Part shown: piece after piece, positions 27,709 through 45,650 of the stretch
Layout of the letters: each line of letters opens with the position of its first letter
How positions within the stretch are numbered: the stretch's first letter is position 1
NCBI GenBank assembly: GCA_035506495.1
Contig: DATJPI010000013.1
Location: 1-45,650, forward strand
Origin: Syntrophales bacterium
GTDB lineage: Bacteria; Desulfobacterota; Syntrophia; Syntrophales; UBA2192
DNA: 45,650 nt
Direction of reading: 5' to 3'
Notes under the pieces: model-generated
Seen by the model: the letters and a program-made list of their open reading frames with translations, nothing else
Database searches by the model: none
What the model was told of the DNA's origin: nothing
Made by a program: the position numbers and the translations under genes

Positions 27709-28535
27709 TATTTCTTATCCCTCTTCTTGATAATGTATTTGTCGGTGGTCTTGTTCTTGCGCGTCTTGTAGCCCTTCGTCGGCACGCCCCAGGGAGTACA
27801 GGGGTGCCGTCCGCCCGAGGTCTTGCCTTCGCCGCCGCCCATGGGGTGGTCGACAGGGTTCATGGCGACACCGCGCACCTTCGGGCGTTTGCCCAGCCAG
27901 CGGGTGCGGCCCGCCTTGCCGATACTGATCCCCTCGTGCGTGGCGTTCCCCACCTGGCCGATCGTGGCCTTGCAATCAATGAACACCTTTCGGACTTCGC
28001 CGGAGGGCAGCCTCACCTGGGCATAGTCACCCTCCTTGGCCATGAGCTGAGCGTAGGTGCCGGCGGAGCGGACCATCTGGGCGCCCTTGCCGGGACGCAG
28101 CTCGATGTTGTGGATGAGCGAGCCCAGGGGAACATGCCTCAGCGACATGGCGTTGCCGGGTTTGATATCGGCCGCGGGGCTCGTAATGATCGGATCGCCC
28201 ACGTTGAGGTCCACAGGGGCCACGATGTAGCGCTTCTCACCGTCGGCATAGCTCACGAGCGCAATCCTCGCCGAGCGGTTCGGGTCGTACTCGATCGTCC
28301 TCACCTTGGCGGGGATGTCCGTCTTCTCGCGGCGGAAGTCCACCACGCGGTACTTGCGCTTGTGCCCGCCCCCACGATGACGGCTCGTCAGACGGCCGAG
28401 GTTGTTGCGGCCGCCCTTCTTCTTGACCGGCTTCGTAAGGCCCTTCTCGGGGGTCGCTGAGGTAATCTCCTCGAACGTCGGATAGGTCTGATACCGTCGT
28501 GCCGGTGTCGTCGGCTTCATGGTCTTGATCGCCAT
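27708..28535 (-). CDS. rplB: 50S ribosomal protein L2
   Basis: [17 protein letters not shown] is a canonical start at the ATG at 28533-28535, with AAGGA upstream. The 22-codon track extension would overlap rpl[20 protein letters not shown] and [13 protein letters not shown] are present. Confidence 0.95.
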   Translation of the reverse strand: MAIKTMKPTTPARRYQTYPTFEEITSATPEKGLTKPVKKKGGRNNLGRLTSRHRGGGHKRKYRVVDFRREKTDIPAKVRTIEYDPNRSARIALVSYADGEKRYIVAPVDLNVGDPIITSPAADIKPGNAMSLRHVPLGSLIHNIELRPGKGAQMVRSAGTYAQLMAKEGDYAQVRLPSGEVRKVFIDCKATIGQVGNATHEGISIGKAGRTRWLGKRPKVRGVAMNPVDHPMGGGEGKTSGGRHPCTPWGVPTKGYKTRKNKTTDKYIIKKRDKK

Positions 28536-28551
28536 CGGTCGTTGTCCTTGT

Positions 28552-28836
28552 CTAGACTTTGTCAAATATCTCGATCGTGTTGCCGGGGGCCACGGTGACA
28601 ATGGCCTTCTTCCAGTCGCTCTTCCTTCCCTGCAGACGTCCGTAGCGCTTCTTTTTCCCGAGGACGTTCAGGGTCCGCACGTCGAGGACCTTCACCTTGA
28701 AGAGCTTCTCCACGGCCTTCTCGATCTCGATCTTGTTGGCCCGGGGATCCACTTCGAAGAGGTACTGGTTGCCCTCCCGCATCAGGGTTGTCTTTTCTGT
28801 CACGAGCGGTCGCCGGATGATCTGATGAAGTTCCAT
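28552..28836 (-). CDS. rplW: 50S ribosomal protein L23
   Basis: [12 protein letters not shown] and [16 protein letters not shown]. Confidence 0.97.
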   Translation of the reverse strand: MELHQIIRRPLVTEKTTLMREGNQYLFEVDPRANKIEIEKAVEKLFKVKVLDVRTLNVLGKKKRYGRLQGRKSDWKKAIVTVAPGNTIEIFDKV

Positions 28837-29456
28837 TATATCAGCGCCCCTTCTATCTTCTTGATCGAGGGCTCCAAGAGCACGAGGCTATCGTACTTGA
28901 GAAGATCATACACATTGATGCCCTCGCATCGCATCATTTTCACATCGGGGAGGTTCCGTGAGGACTTCTCGAGAATCTCGTTTGACCGGTCGATCACAAC
29001 GAGGGTCTTCTTGAGCCCGAATCGATCGAGGACCTCCCTGAACTTTTTCGTCTTCGCCTCGGCCAAGGGAAAGTCCTTGATCACCAGAAGCTTCTCCTCC
29101 TGGAGCTTCATGCTGAGCGCCGAGATAATGGCGAGCCTGCGCACCTTCTTGGGTACCGTGTAGGAGTGGTCCCGGGGGGTCGGTCCAAAAATGGTTCCGC
29201 CACCCCGCCAGAGGGGGGAACGGATCGTGCCCGCACGGGCCCGCCCGGTGCCCTTCTGCCGCCAAGGCTTCTTGCCGCCGCCGCTGATTTCGCCGCGCTC
29301 CTTGGTGTCATGCGTGCCCTGCCGCTTCGCGGCCATCTGCATCCGGACGACCTCATAGATGACGTCCCGGTTCACCTCGGCCCCGAAGACCGCGTCGCTG
29401 AGCGACACCTCGGCCACTTTGTTCTTTTCGATATCGTACACACTCACCACTGGCAT
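28836..29456 (-). CDS. rplD: 50S ribosomal protein L4
   Basis: [29 protein letters not shown]. Confidence 0.97.
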   Translation of the reverse strand: MPVVSVYDIEKNKVAEVSLSDAVFGAEVNRDVIYEVVRMQMAAKRQGTHDTKERGEISGGGKKPWRQKGTGRARAGTIRSPLWRGGGTIFGPTPRDHSYTVPKKVRRLAIISALSMKLQEEKLLVIKDFPLAEAKTKKFREVLDRFGLKKTLVVIDRSNEILEKSSRNLPDVKMMRCEGINVYDLLKYDSLVLLEPSIKKIEGALI

Positions 29457-29487
29457 GGCTTGTTCACTCCAGTTGTCTCTCTGTCTC

Positions 29488-30120
29488 TCAGCCCTTTTTG
29501 ACGGCGTTTTTGATCACGACAATCCCGTTCTTGCTGCCCGGGACGGCCCCCTTCACCAGGATGACGTTGAGATCGGGGCGCACCCCCATGATGAGGAGGT
29601 TCTGCACGGTCTTGCGCGCATCGCCCATGTGGCCCGGAAGCCGCTGTCCCTTGAACACGCGCGAGGGCGCGGCGCTCGCCCCGATTGAGCCGGGCGCCCG
29701 GTGGAACATGGAGCCGTGGCTCGCCCTGCCGCCACGGAAGCCATGACGCTTCACGCCGCCGGCAAACCCCCTGCCCTTGCTCGTCCCGGTGACATCGACG
29801 AAGTCTCCCACCTCGAAGATGGACGCCGTCAGCTCCTGCCCCGGCTCCAGCTCGACCGCCCCACGGGTCTTGAACTCGCGCAGCACCCGGAAAAACCCCC
29901 GGTCGGCCTTTGCGAAGTGACCCTGCAGGGGTTTGGTCACGTTCTTCTGTCGCTTGCGCTCGAAGCCCAACTGGATGGCATTGTAGCCGTCCGTTTCTTC
30001 GGTCTTTTTCTGTATAACGGTGCAGGGCCCCGCTTCGATCACCGTTACGGGAACCGAGGCACCGTCCGCGGCGAAGATCTGGGTCATCCCCAACTTTCTT
30101 CCGATCAATCCCTTTTCCAT
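29488..30120 (-). CDS. rplC: 50S ribosomal protein L3
   Basis: MEKGLIGRKLGMTQIF is a canonical L3 start at the ATG at 30118-30120. The track start at 30129 is a GTG three codons upstream and remains an alternative. Confidence 0.93.
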   Translation of the reverse strand: MEKGLIGRKLGMTQIFAADGASVPVTVIEAGPCTVIQKKTEETDGYNAIQLGFERKRQKNVTKPLQGHFAKADRGFFRVLREFKTRGAVELEPGQELTASIFEVGDFVDVTGTSKGRGFAGGVKRHGFRGGRASHGSMFHRAPGSIGASAAPSRVFKGQRLPGHMGDARKTVQNLLIMGVRPDLNVILVKGAVPGSKNGIVVIKNAVKKG

Positions 30121-30149
30121 AGCATCCACTTCCGCGCTCGCTGTGCGTG

Positions 30150-30195
30150 AACAAAACGAAAAAGGAGATGGACCGAGGACAACCCGTCCATCTCC
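30150..30195 (-). terminator. Strong intrinsic terminator/attenuator hairpin between rpsJ and rplC
   Basis: On the minus strand GGAGATGGAC-12 nt loop-GTCCATCTCC forms a perfect 10-bp stem, followed by TTTTTCGTTTTGTT. It lies in the 88-nt rpsJ-rplC spacer. Confidence 0.65.
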
Positions 30196-30208
30196 GTGTC
30201 GTCACGCG

Positions 30209-30517
30209 TTACAACTTGATTTCCACGTCCACCCCGGCAGATAGATCCAGCTTCATCAGGGCATCTACCGTGGCTTGAGTGGGATCAATGATGTCGATGA
30301 GCCGCTTGTGAGTCCGCACCTCGAACTGCTCCCGGGACTTCTTGTCCACGTGGGGCGAGCGGTTCACGCAGAACTTGTTGATCATCGTGGGAAGCGGGAT
30401 GGGACCCGCGACGCGGGCGCCCGTGCGCTTCGCCGTATCTACGATGTCCTCGGCGGACCGGTCCAGCAGCTTGTAGTCGTACGCCTTCAGACGGATTCGA
30501 ATCTTCTGATCAGCCAT
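30209..30517 (-). CDS. rpsJ: 30S ribosomal protein S10
   Basis: [40 protein letters not shown]. Confidence 0.97.
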   Translation of the reverse strand: MADQKIRIRLKAYDYKLLDRSAEDIVDTAKRTGARVAGPIPLPTMINKFCVNRSPHVDKKSREQFEVRTHKRLIDIIDPTQATVDALMKLDLSAGVDVEIKL

Positions 30518-30537
30518 GATCCGTTCTCTAACCTCGC

Positions 30538-31731
30538 TTACTCAATGATCTCGCTGATGACGCCGGCGCCCACGGTCTTGCCGCCCTCGCGGATGGCGAA
30601 CCGGAGCTGCAGCTCCATGGCGATAGGGGTGATAAGGACCACTTCCATCTCCACGTTGTCACCGGGCATGATCATCTCGATGCCCGCCGGAAGGGTGGTA
30701 ACGCCTGTCACGTCGGTGGTCCGGAAGTAGAACTGGGGCCGGTAGCCGGAGAAGAACGGCGTGTGGCGCCCGCCCTCTTCCTTCGTCAAGACGTAAACCT
30801 GGGCCTTGAACTTCGTGTGGGGCGTGATCGAGCCGGGCTTGGCCACGACCTGTCCGCGCTCCACTTCTTCGCGCTTTGTCCCGCGCAGCAGCACGCCGAT
30901 GTCGTCGCCGGCGCGCCCTTCGTCGAGGGTTTTGCGGAACATCTCCACGCCCGTGCAAACCGTTTTGAAGGTCGGCCGGATGCCGATGATCTCGACTTCG
31001 TCGCCCGTCCGGACGATCCCGCGGTCCACACGGCCCGTGACGACGGTCCCGCGGCCGGAGATGCTGAATACGTCGCCGACAGGCATCAAGAAGGGCTTGT
31101 CGAGGTCGCGCTGCGGCTCGGGAATATAGCTGTCGACGGCATCCATGAGCTCGAAGATGCACTTGGCATCGGCCGAGTTGGCGTCGTCAGTCTCGAGCGC
31201 CTTCAGGGCGGAGCCGCGGATGATGGGCGTCTTGTCGCCGGGGAATCCGTATTTCGTGAGAAGCTCCCTGAGCTCGAGTTCGACGAGGTCGAGCAGCTCG
31301 GGATCGTCCACGAGATCCACCTTGTTCATGAAGACGAGCATGTAGGGAACCTGCACCTGGCGGGCCAGCAGGATGTGCTCCCGCGTCTGGGGCATGGGGC
31401 CTTCAGAGGCTGCGACGACGAGAATGGCTCCGTCCATGTGGGCCGCACCCGAGATCATGTTCTTGATGTAGTCGGAGTGCCCCGGGCAGTCGACGTGGGC
31501 ATAGTGGCGCTTGGCCGTCTCGTATTCCACGTGGGCAATATTGATGGTCACGCCGCGTTCTTTCTCCTCGGGCGCGTTGTCGATCATATCAAAGGACATA
31601 AACTGGGCCAATCCCTTGGAAGCGAGATGCTTCGTGATCGCAGCGGTCAATGTGGTCTTGCCGTGATCGACGTGTCCAATGGTCCCAACATTGACATGCG
31701 GCTTCGTCCTTTCGAATTTTTTCTTAGCCAT
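30538..31731 (-). CDS. tuf: Translation elongation factor Tu
   Basis: [15 protein letters not shown] and NKVD G-motifs are present. The product is 397 aa. Confidence 0.97.
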   Translation of the reverse strand: MAKKKFERTKPHVNVGTIGHVDHGKTTLTAAITKHLASKGLAQFMSFDMIDNAPEEKERGVTINIAHVEYETAKRHYAHVDCPGHSDYIKNMISGAAHMDGAILVVAASEGPMPQTREHILLARQVQVPYMLVFMNKVDLVDDPELLDLVELELRELLTKYGFPGDKTPIIRGSALKALETDDANSADAKCIFELMDAVDSYIPEPQRDLDKPFLMPVGDVFSISGRGTVVTGRVDRGIVRTGDEVEIIGIRPTFKTVCTGVEMFRKTLDEGRAGDDIGVLLRGTKREEVERGQVVAKPGSITPHTKFKAQVYVLTKEEGGRHTPFFSGYRPQFYFRTTDVTGVTTLPAGIEMIMPGDNVEMEVVLITPIAMELQLRFAIREGGKTVGAGVISEIIE

Positions 31732-31769
31732 CTCCAGTTACCTCCTTCATTAGAATGATCGATGTTGAA

Positions 31770-33860
31770 TTATTTGGCCCTGTGCCTCAGTTCTTTCTTT
31801 TCCATGATGTCTTTGGCCTTTTCCTCCGACACAGTCGCATAGTTCAGAAACTGCATCGTGTAGGTGGCCCGGCCCTGGGTCTTCGAGCGGAGGTCCGTGG
31901 CGTAGCCGAACATCTCGGCCAACGGCACTTCCGACTGAATTGCCTCGGAGCCCGGTCTGGACTCGATCGAAACGATCTTTCCGCGCCGCGAGGTCAGATT
32001 CCCGATCACATCCCCCAGATACTCCTTGGGAACGATGACCTCGACAGACATGATGGGCTCCAGCAGCACCGGGTGGGCCTTTTTGACCCCGCTCTTGAAG
32101 CCCATGGAAGCGGCAATCTTGAAGGCCAGCTCCGATGAATCCACCTCGTGGTAGGAACCGTCCACGACGGCCACCTTGACATCCACCACGGGGTAGCCGG
32201 CCAGCACCCCCTCTTCCATCGCCTCGGTGATCCCCTTTTCGACGGCCGGGATAAACTCCCGGGGGACTGCACCGCCGACGATCTTGTTTTCAAACAAAAG
32301 CCCTTTGCCCGGCTCGTTGGGAGCCACCTCGAGCCACACATGGCCAAACTGGCCTCGCCCCCCGGACTGGCGGACGAATCTTCCTTCCGTTCGAACGGCC
32401 TTGCGGATCGTCTCCTTGTAGGCCACTTGCGGGGTGCCGATGTTGGCTCCCAGGTTGAACTCCCGCGAGAGGCGGTCCACGATAATCTCCAGGTGGAGTT
32501 CGCCCATCCCTGAGATCAGCGTCTGGCCCGTCTCCCGGTCCACCCTGACCCTGAAGGAGGGATCCTCCTTTTGGATCTTGTCCAAGGCGATTCCCATCTT
32601 TTCCTCATCGGCTTTCGTCTTCGGCTCGATGGCGATGGCGATGACCGGTTCGGGAAAACTCAGGGTTTCGAGAACGATCGGGTGCTGGGGGCTGCAGAGC
32701 GTGTCTCCCGTCGTCGTTGACGAGAGCCCCACGGCGGCCACGATGTCACCCGTGCGGGCCTCTTTGATGTCCTCGCGCTTGTTGGCGTGCATCTTGAGGA
32801 TGCGGCCGATGCGCTCTCGTTTTTTCTTTGTTGCGTTGAAAATGTAGGAACCCGCGTTGAGCACCCCGGAGTAAACCCGAAAGTAGGTCAGCTGCCCAAC
32901 GTAGGGGTCCGTGACAATTTTGAAAGCGAGCGCAGCAAAAGGCTCGTCGTCGCTTGCTGCCCGCAGGACCTCGGCGCCTTTATCCCCTTTCCCCGCAACC
33001 GGCTGCAAGTCCGCAGGTGAGGGGAGGAAGTCGACGACCGCGTCCAGGAGCGGCTGGATCCCTTTGTTCTTGAAGGCGGCACCGCAGCACACCGGAACGA
33101 CCTTCATGGAGAGGGTCTGTCTCCGGAGTGCGGCGAGAATCTCCTCGCCGGAGATTCCTTCACCTTCCAGGTATTTCCTCGCGATTCCGTCATCGAAATC
33201 GGCCAGCGTCTCAATGAGACGCTCCCGTGCTTCCCGGGCCTCTTTGCCGATCTCGGCGGGAATGGCCGTGATGGAGAACTCCGCCCCGAGGCCGTCGATA
33301 TTGTACATCATCGCCTGCATGCCGATGAGATCGACGATCCCCCGGAAATGATCCTCGGCGCCGACGGGAATCTGTACAGGCGCGGCATTGGCACCCAGCC
33401 TTTCGCGGATCATCTCGACGGCCTTGGCAAAATCTGCGCCTACGCGGTCCATCTTGTTGATGAAAGCGATGCGAGGCACGCGGTAGCGGTCGGCCTGCCT
33501 CCAGACCGTTTCGGACTGAGGTTCGACACCCTCGACAGCCGTAAACAGCGCCACGGCTCCATCGAGGATCCGCAACGAGCGTTCCACCTCGATGGTGAAA
33601 TCCACATGGCCGGGCGTGTCAATGATGTTGACACGACAGTTGCGCCAGGAGCATGTCGTGGCTGCCGATGTGATCGTGATCCCCCGCTCCTGTTCCTGCT
33701 CCATGAAGTCCATGACGGCCGTGCCGTCGTGAACTTCTCCCATCTTGTAGGAGATTCCCGTGTAGTAGAGGATACGCTCGGTCACGGTCGTTTTGCCCGC
33801 ATCGATATGAGCCATAATACCGATGTTACGGACATTCCGAAGTGCAGTCTCCCGTGCCAC
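31770..33860 (-). CDS. fusA: Translation elongation factor G
   Basis: [21 protein letters not shown] and NKMD are present. The product is 696 aa. Confidence 0.97.
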   Translation of the reverse strand: MARETALRNVRNIGIMAHIDAGKTTVTERILYYTGISYKMGEVHDGTAVMDFMEQEQERGITITSAATTCSWRNCRVNIIDTPGHVDFTIEVERSLRILDGAVALFTAVEGVEPQSETVWRQADRYRVPRIAFINKMDRVGADFAKAVEMIRERLGANAAPVQIPVGAEDHFRGIVDLIGMQAMMYNIDGLGAEFSITAIPAEIGKEAREARERLIETLADFDDGIARKYLEGEGISGEEILAALRRQTLSMKVVPVCCGAAFKNKGIQPLLDAVVDFLPSPADLQPVAGKGDKGAEVLRAASDDEPFAALAFKIVTDPYVGQLTYFRVYSGVLNAGSYIFNATKKKRERIGRILKMHANKREDIKEARTGDIVAAVGLSSTTTGDTLCSPQHPIVLETLSFPEPVIAIAIEPKTKADEEKMGIALDKIQKEDPSFRVRVDRETGQTLISGMGELHLEIIVDRLSREFNLGANIGTPQVAYKETIRKAVRTEGRFVRQSGGRGQFGHVWLEVAPNEPGKGLLFENKIVGGAVPREFIPAVEKGITEAMEEGVLAGYPVVDVKVAVVDGSYHEVDSSELAFKIAASMGFKSGVKKAHPVLLEPIMSVEVIVPKEYLGDVIGNLTSRRGKIVSIESRPGSEAIQSEVPLAEMFGYATDLRSKTQGRATYTMQFLNYATVSEEKAKDIMEKKELRHRAK

Positions 33861-33890
33861 GATGAAATACCCTGATGTTGTAAAAGAGCT

Positions 33891-34361
33891 TTAGAATCTG
33901 TAATGGGCGAAGGCCTTGTTGGCCTCGGCCATCTTGTGGACATCCTCGCGCTTTTTCACAGAGGCGCCGCGATTTTGTGCTGCATCCATGAGCTCGCCGG
34001 CGAGTTTTTCCCGCATGGTCTTCTCGGCCCGGGACTGGGAGTTGCCGATGATCCATCGGAACGCCAGGGCCTGTCGTCGACCCGGTGACACTTCCGTGGG
34101 CACCTGATAGGTGGCGCCGCCGACTCTGCGGGAGCGCACTTCGATGACCGGCTTGACGTTGTCGAGGGCCTTTTCGAAAACGCCCAAAGGAGAATCCTTC
34201 ATTCGCTTCTCAATGATATCGAACGCCCCGTAGAGAATGCTCTCCGCGGTGCTTTTCTTGCCCTTCTTCATCAGGCTGTTGACGAACTTCGCCGCAAGCG
34301 CGCTGCCGTGCTTCGCATCTGGCGTGATCTTTCGTTTCTGGATTTCTCGTCGTCTTGGCAT
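33891..34361 (-). CDS. rpsG: 30S ribosomal protein S7
   Basis: [20 protein letters not shown] is a canonical start at the ATG at 34359-34361, giving 156 aa. The 96-codon track extension overlaps rpsL and is R/P/G-rich. Confidence 0.95.
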   Translation of the reverse strand: MPRRREIQKRKITPDAKHGSALAAKFVNSLMKKGKKSTAESILYGAFDIIEKRMKDSPLGVFEKALDNVKPVIEVRSRRVGGATYQVPTEVSPGRRQALAFRWIIGNSQSRAEKTMREKLAGELMDAAQNRGASVKKREDVHKMAEANKAFAHYRF

Positions 34362-34375
34362 TCTGGAACCCCTGA

Positions 34376-34747
<372 letters not shown>

Positions 34748-34807
34748 GAAACTCCTTCTATCCCTTTCTGTCCAAATTGAAGGGGCTTGCGAAAGTTTAA
34801 TTTTCTA

Positions 34808-38932
<4,125 letters not shown>

Positions 38933-38948
38933 GTTCCGTACTCCTTAT

Positions 38949-39033
38949 GTTGAGGATCGAGGGTCGAGGAACGAGGATCGAGGAAGAAAAATGTTTCTTG
39001 CCTCTACCCTGAACCCTTTCCCTTAAACCCTGT
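38949..39033. repeat. Imperfect palindrome with 7-nt periodicity filling the rpoB-rpoC spacer
   Basis: Five NNNGAGG heptamers (GTTGAGG ATCGAGG GTCGAGG AACGAGG ATCGAGG, 38949-38983) are followed by the central hairpin AAGAAA-AATG-TTTCTT. Then come TGCCTCT and four ACCCTNN-type heptamers (ACCCTGA ACCCTTT CCCTTAA ACCCTGT, 39006-39033). Confidence 0.7.
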
Positions 39034-39035
39034 TG

Positions 39036-43148
<4,113 letters not shown>

Positions 43149-43278
43149 GTTTCTTCAATCCTCAAAAAATGTACTACCCCGTATGCGCCTCCGAGTTTCC
43201 TCCGGCCTGCCTTGCAGGCCGCACCGGGAACCGGGGCCCTTCCGGTCGCCCGGAAGAGCTCTCCATTCCCTGATCCTT

Positions 43279-43304
43279 GGAAACCCGTAACGCCGCTACG
43301 GGGA
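43279..43304 (-). terminator. Candidate partial terminator/attenuator between rplL and rpoB
   Basis: On the minus strand CCCGTA-GCGGCGT-TACGGG is followed by TTTCC. Further GC hairpins lie downstream in the 191-nt spacer (CTTCCGG-GCGA-CCGGAAG and GGCCTGC-AAG-GCAGGCC). An attenuator at this position is known in E. coli. Confidence 0.4.
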
Positions 43305-43339
43305 ATAATGAATGATGGATGCCTTACGATCAAATTGCC

Positions 43340-43726
43340 TTACTTGATCTGGACGGTGGCGCCAACGGCCTCCAGCTTCTTCTTGATCTCGTCGGCTTCC
43401 GCCTTGGCGATGCCTTCCTTGACCGGCTTGGGCACGCCTTCGACGAGATCCTTGGCTTCCTTCAACCCGAGGCCCGTGATAGCGCGGATCTCTTTGATGA
43501 CCTGGATCTTCTCGGCGCCGAAGCTCGTGAGGACGACGTCAAACTCTGTCTTCTCCTCCGCTGCCGCCGCGGCTGCAGGCGCCGCACCGCCCGCCACGGC
43601 CGCCACGGCCACCGGGGCCGCCGCCGATACGCCGAACTTCGCTTCCAGTTCCTTGACGAGCTCGGAAAGTTCGAGCACCGTCATCCCTTCGATATACTTG
43701 ATAACATCTTCCTTCGTGATCGTCAT
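43340..43726 (-). CDS. rplL: 50S ribosomal protein L7/L12
   Basis: [33 protein letters not shown], an Ala-rich hinge, then [24 protein letters not shown]. The ATG is at 43724-43726 with GGTGGAG upstream. The track extension is spurious. Confidence 0.95.
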   Translation of the reverse strand: MTITKEDVIKYIEGMTVLELSELVKELEAKFGVSAAAPVAVAAVAGGAAPAAAAAAEEKTEFDVVLTSFGAEKIQVIKEIRAITGLGLKEAKDLVEGVPKPVKEGIAKAEADEIKKKLEAVGATVQIK

Positions 43727-43742
43727 GTTTCTCCACCCTTTC

Positions 43743-44270
43743 TTACTGGTTTTCTTTCTCTTTTTTCTGCCTGTAGGCCTCGAGGACCTGCACAAGGCCG
43801 CGCGGCACGGCGCTCAGCACCGTGACGAACTGCGTCGGAACCGCAACAAGGGTTCCCAGAAGTTTGGCCAGGAGTACTTCCCTGCTGGGCAACTCGGAAA
43901 TCATGTCCAGCTGCTGCCTGGAGAGCAGCCTGCCGTCCATCCATGCGAACTTGATGTCCAGCTCGGGGTTCTTCTTGGCAAACTCGATGAGGACCTTCGT
44001 CGGGGAGGCCACGTCGCCGCCGATCATGGACAGCGACAGCGGGCCCTTTAGATGATCCTTCAGGCCGGCGAAGTCCGTCCCCTGGGCAGCGATGCCCAGA
44101 AGGGTGTTCTTGACGACCCGGAACTCGGTTCCCGTCTTGCGCAATTCATTCCTCAAGGCAGTGATCTTCTCCACGTTCATGCCGCTGTATCCGGCCAGAA
44201 CGGTGAGCTTGATTCCTCTGAGCTTCTCGTGAAGCTCCGCGACTGCCTGCTCCTTTTCCTTTCTGTCCAA
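43743..44270 (-). CDS. rplJ: 50S ribosomal protein L10 (TTG start)
   Basis: (M)[44 protein letters not shown], 175 aa. AAAGGAGG lies 7 nt upstream of the TTG at 44268-44270. Confidence 0.9.
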   Translation of the reverse strand: MDRKEKEQAVAELHEKLRGIKLTVLAGYSGMNVEKITALRNELRKTGTEFRVVKNTLLGIAAQGTDFAGLKDHLKGPLSLSMIGGDVASPTKVLIEFAKKNPELDIKFAWMDGRLLSRQQLDMISELPSREVLLAKLLGTLVAVPTQFVTVLSAVPRGLVQVLEAYRQKKEKENQ

Positions 44271-44539
44271 CCTTGAACCTCCTTTCCCACGGTCAATTGC
44301 CCTTCTCGGTTTCAGGGGCCGGAAGGACTTCGAAAGTCGGAGCGCACTACAGGGAGAAACATGACTGCCTGAACGAGGGTCCACCCGGCGGAGAATCCGC
44401 CGCTTCCTGTTCCATCCCGTCGCCTCGCCATGGGGGCGGCTCGGGGATTCTGTCTCGGCAGGCCGGCCCGCGGGCCGATTAAACTCCCTGTGCCTGCTGT
44501 CTCTGACTTATCGTTTCCATTATGACATGACGGCCGGTT
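44271..44539 (-). promoter_or_regulatory. Long structured 5' leader of rplJ-rplL (probable L10(L12)4 autoregulatory leader and/or internal promoter)
   Basis: This 269-nt GC-rich non-coding spacer between rplA and rplJ has several hairpins (CGGCGG-AGAAT-CCGCCG, and the palindrome CGGCCCGCGGGCCG). An L10-binding leader at this position is well established in many bacteria. I have not matched the motif itself by hand. Confidence 0.45.
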
Positions 44540-45241
44540 CTACTTCATCATGTTCCGGATATCCAGGGGGTCGATCTTGACCCCCGGGCCCATGGTGGTG
44601 GATAGGGATATGCTCTTGAGATAGGTGCCTTTGCTCGATGCCGGTTTCATCTTGATGATCGTTTCCAGTAGAGCCGTCACGTTTTCCTGCAGTTTGTCAA
44701 CACCAAAGGAAGCTTTGCCAACGGGAGTGTGGACGATACCCGCCTTTTCCACGCGGAATTCCACTTTGCCCGCCTTGAGCTCCTTCACAACCTTGCCTAC
44801 ATCAAAGGTTACCGTGCCGACCTTCGGGTTGGGCATGAGCCCCCGGGGACCCAGGACCTTTCCCAGTTTGCCGACGCTTCCCATCATGTCCGGGGTGGCC
44901 ACGACACGGTCGAACTCGAGCCAGCCGCCCTTAATTTTCTCGACGAGATCGTCGGACCCCGCATAATCCGCTCCCGCGTCGCGGGCCTCTTTCTCCTTTT
45001 CACCCTTGGCAAACACAAGGACCGTGACGCTCTTGCCCAGACCGTGGGGCAGTGCAACACTCCCCCGGACCATTTGGTCGGCGTGCTTGGGATCAACGCC
45101 CAGGCGGATCGCCGCGTCAACGGTTTCGTCGAACTTGGCATGAGCGGTCCCGACCATCAATTCAACAGCGTCCCGCAGGGGGTATCGTTTCCCCGGTTCG
45201 ACTTTCTTTCTTGCTTCGATGTATTTCTTGCCTCTAGCCAT
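44540..45241 (-). CDS. rplA: 50S ribosomal protein L1
   Basis: [22 protein letters not shown] and [24 protein letters not shown]. Confidence 0.97.
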   Translation of the reverse strand: MARGKKYIEARKKVEPGKRYPLRDAVELMVGTAHAKFDETVDAAIRLGVDPKHADQMVRGSVALPHGLGKSVTVLVFAKGEKEKEARDAGADYAGSDDLVEKIKGGWLEFDRVVATPDMMGSVGKLGKVLGPRGLMPNPKVGTVTFDVGKVVKELKAGKVEFRVEKAGIVHTPVGKASFGVDKLQENVTALLETIIKMKPASSKGTYLKSISLSTTMGPGVKIDPLDIRNMMK

Positions 45242-45255
45242 GGATACAACCCCTG

Positions 45256-45650
45256 TTATTGAGTGACTTCGATGCCCATCGACCTGGCCGTCCCCTCTAC
45301 GGTCCGAATCGCCGCGTCGATGTCCACGCAGTTAAGATCCTTGAACTTCAGCTCCGCAATGGCCCTGACCTCCTTGCCTGAGACCGTTCCAACGGTCTCC
45401 CGCTTCGGGTCGGCAGCCCCCTTGGCGATCTTGGCGGCTTGTTTGAGCAGAACCGACACGGGAGGGGTCTTGGTCACGAAGGTAAAGGAGCGGTCGGCGT
45501 ACACGGTGATCACCACGGGGATGATCATGCCCTCCTGTTTACCCGTCATGGCGTTGTAGGCCTTGCAGAACTCCATGATATTCACGCCGTGCTGGCCGAG
45601 GGCAGGGCCGATGGGGGGAGATGGAGTGGCCTTGCCCGCCTGGATCTGCA
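45256..45650 (-). CDS. rplK: 50S ribosomal protein L11, truncated at the N-terminus by the window edge
   Basis: The frame stays open to position 45650 and reads ..[34 protein letters not shown].., which is upstream of the track's internal Met at 45585. Confidence 0.95.
   Translation of the reverse strand, partial: QIQAGKATPSPPIGPALGQHGVNIMEFCKAYNAMTGKQEGMIIPVVITVYADRSFTFVTKTPPVSVLLKQAAKIAKGAADPKRETVGTVSGKEVRAIAELKFKDLNCVDIDAAIRTVEGTARSMGIEVTQ

Noticed and set aside
39020-39033. CCCTTAAACCCT resembles plant-type telomere repeats (CCCTAAA).
   Set aside because: It is only one near-unit within a degenerate ACCCTNN array in a bacterial operon spacer, so the resemblance is coincidental.

Overview
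This is a 45.65-kb bacterial chromosomal window. About 38 kb of it (7.7-45.6 kb) is core housekeeping DNA, all on the minus strand. It carries rplK (partial)-rplA-rplJ-rplL-rpoB-rpoC-rpsL-rpsG-fusA-tuf, then complete S10, spc and alpha ribosomal operons (rpsJ to rplQ, with secY, map, infA and rpmJ; adk is absent). Downstream come a small EF-Tu-domain-II-like protein, folC-lptD, and rplM-rpsI-argC-cysS. I corrected several ORF-track entries. I found rpmJ and rpmD by hand (both GTG starts). I shortened rpsC, rplB, rpsG, rplL, rplJ, rplO and rplC to starts supported by a Shine-Dalgarno sequence and by homology. Only the left 7.6 kb looks accessory. It holds (i) the 3' end of an IS110-family transposase, (ii) a visibly AT-rich islet with an overlapping two-gene cassette of unknown function (a cytoplasmic protein plus a lipoprotein), (iii) two small membrane proteins, (iv) a translationally coupled operon (permuted papain-like YiiX-type amidase, hotdog thioesterase, DUF6125-like protein, small membrane protein), (v) a contiguous epmB-efp-epmA EF-P beta-lysylation module, and (vi) a roughly 400-bp AT-rich spacer. 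I found no CRISPR array, rRNA gene or obvious tRNA gene, and no recognisable defence, secretion or biosynthetic system. I cannot honestly claim a clear novel system here. The best leads are the papain-like/thioesterase/DUF6125 operon, the IS-adjacent AT-rich two-gene cassette, and some non-coding structures. The non-coding ones are a 7-nt-periodic imperfect palindrome filling the rpoB-rpoC spacer, a related C-rich heptamer array between epmB and efp, and strong intrinsic-terminator hairpins inside operons (rpsJ|rplC and rpsI|argC). The gene order (rplM-rpsI-argC, secY-map without adk), the Cys-rich zinc-ribbon forms of S4, S14 and L36, and the high GC content fit an anaerobic deltaproteobacterial/Desulfobacterota-like lineage. 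That placement is inference only.
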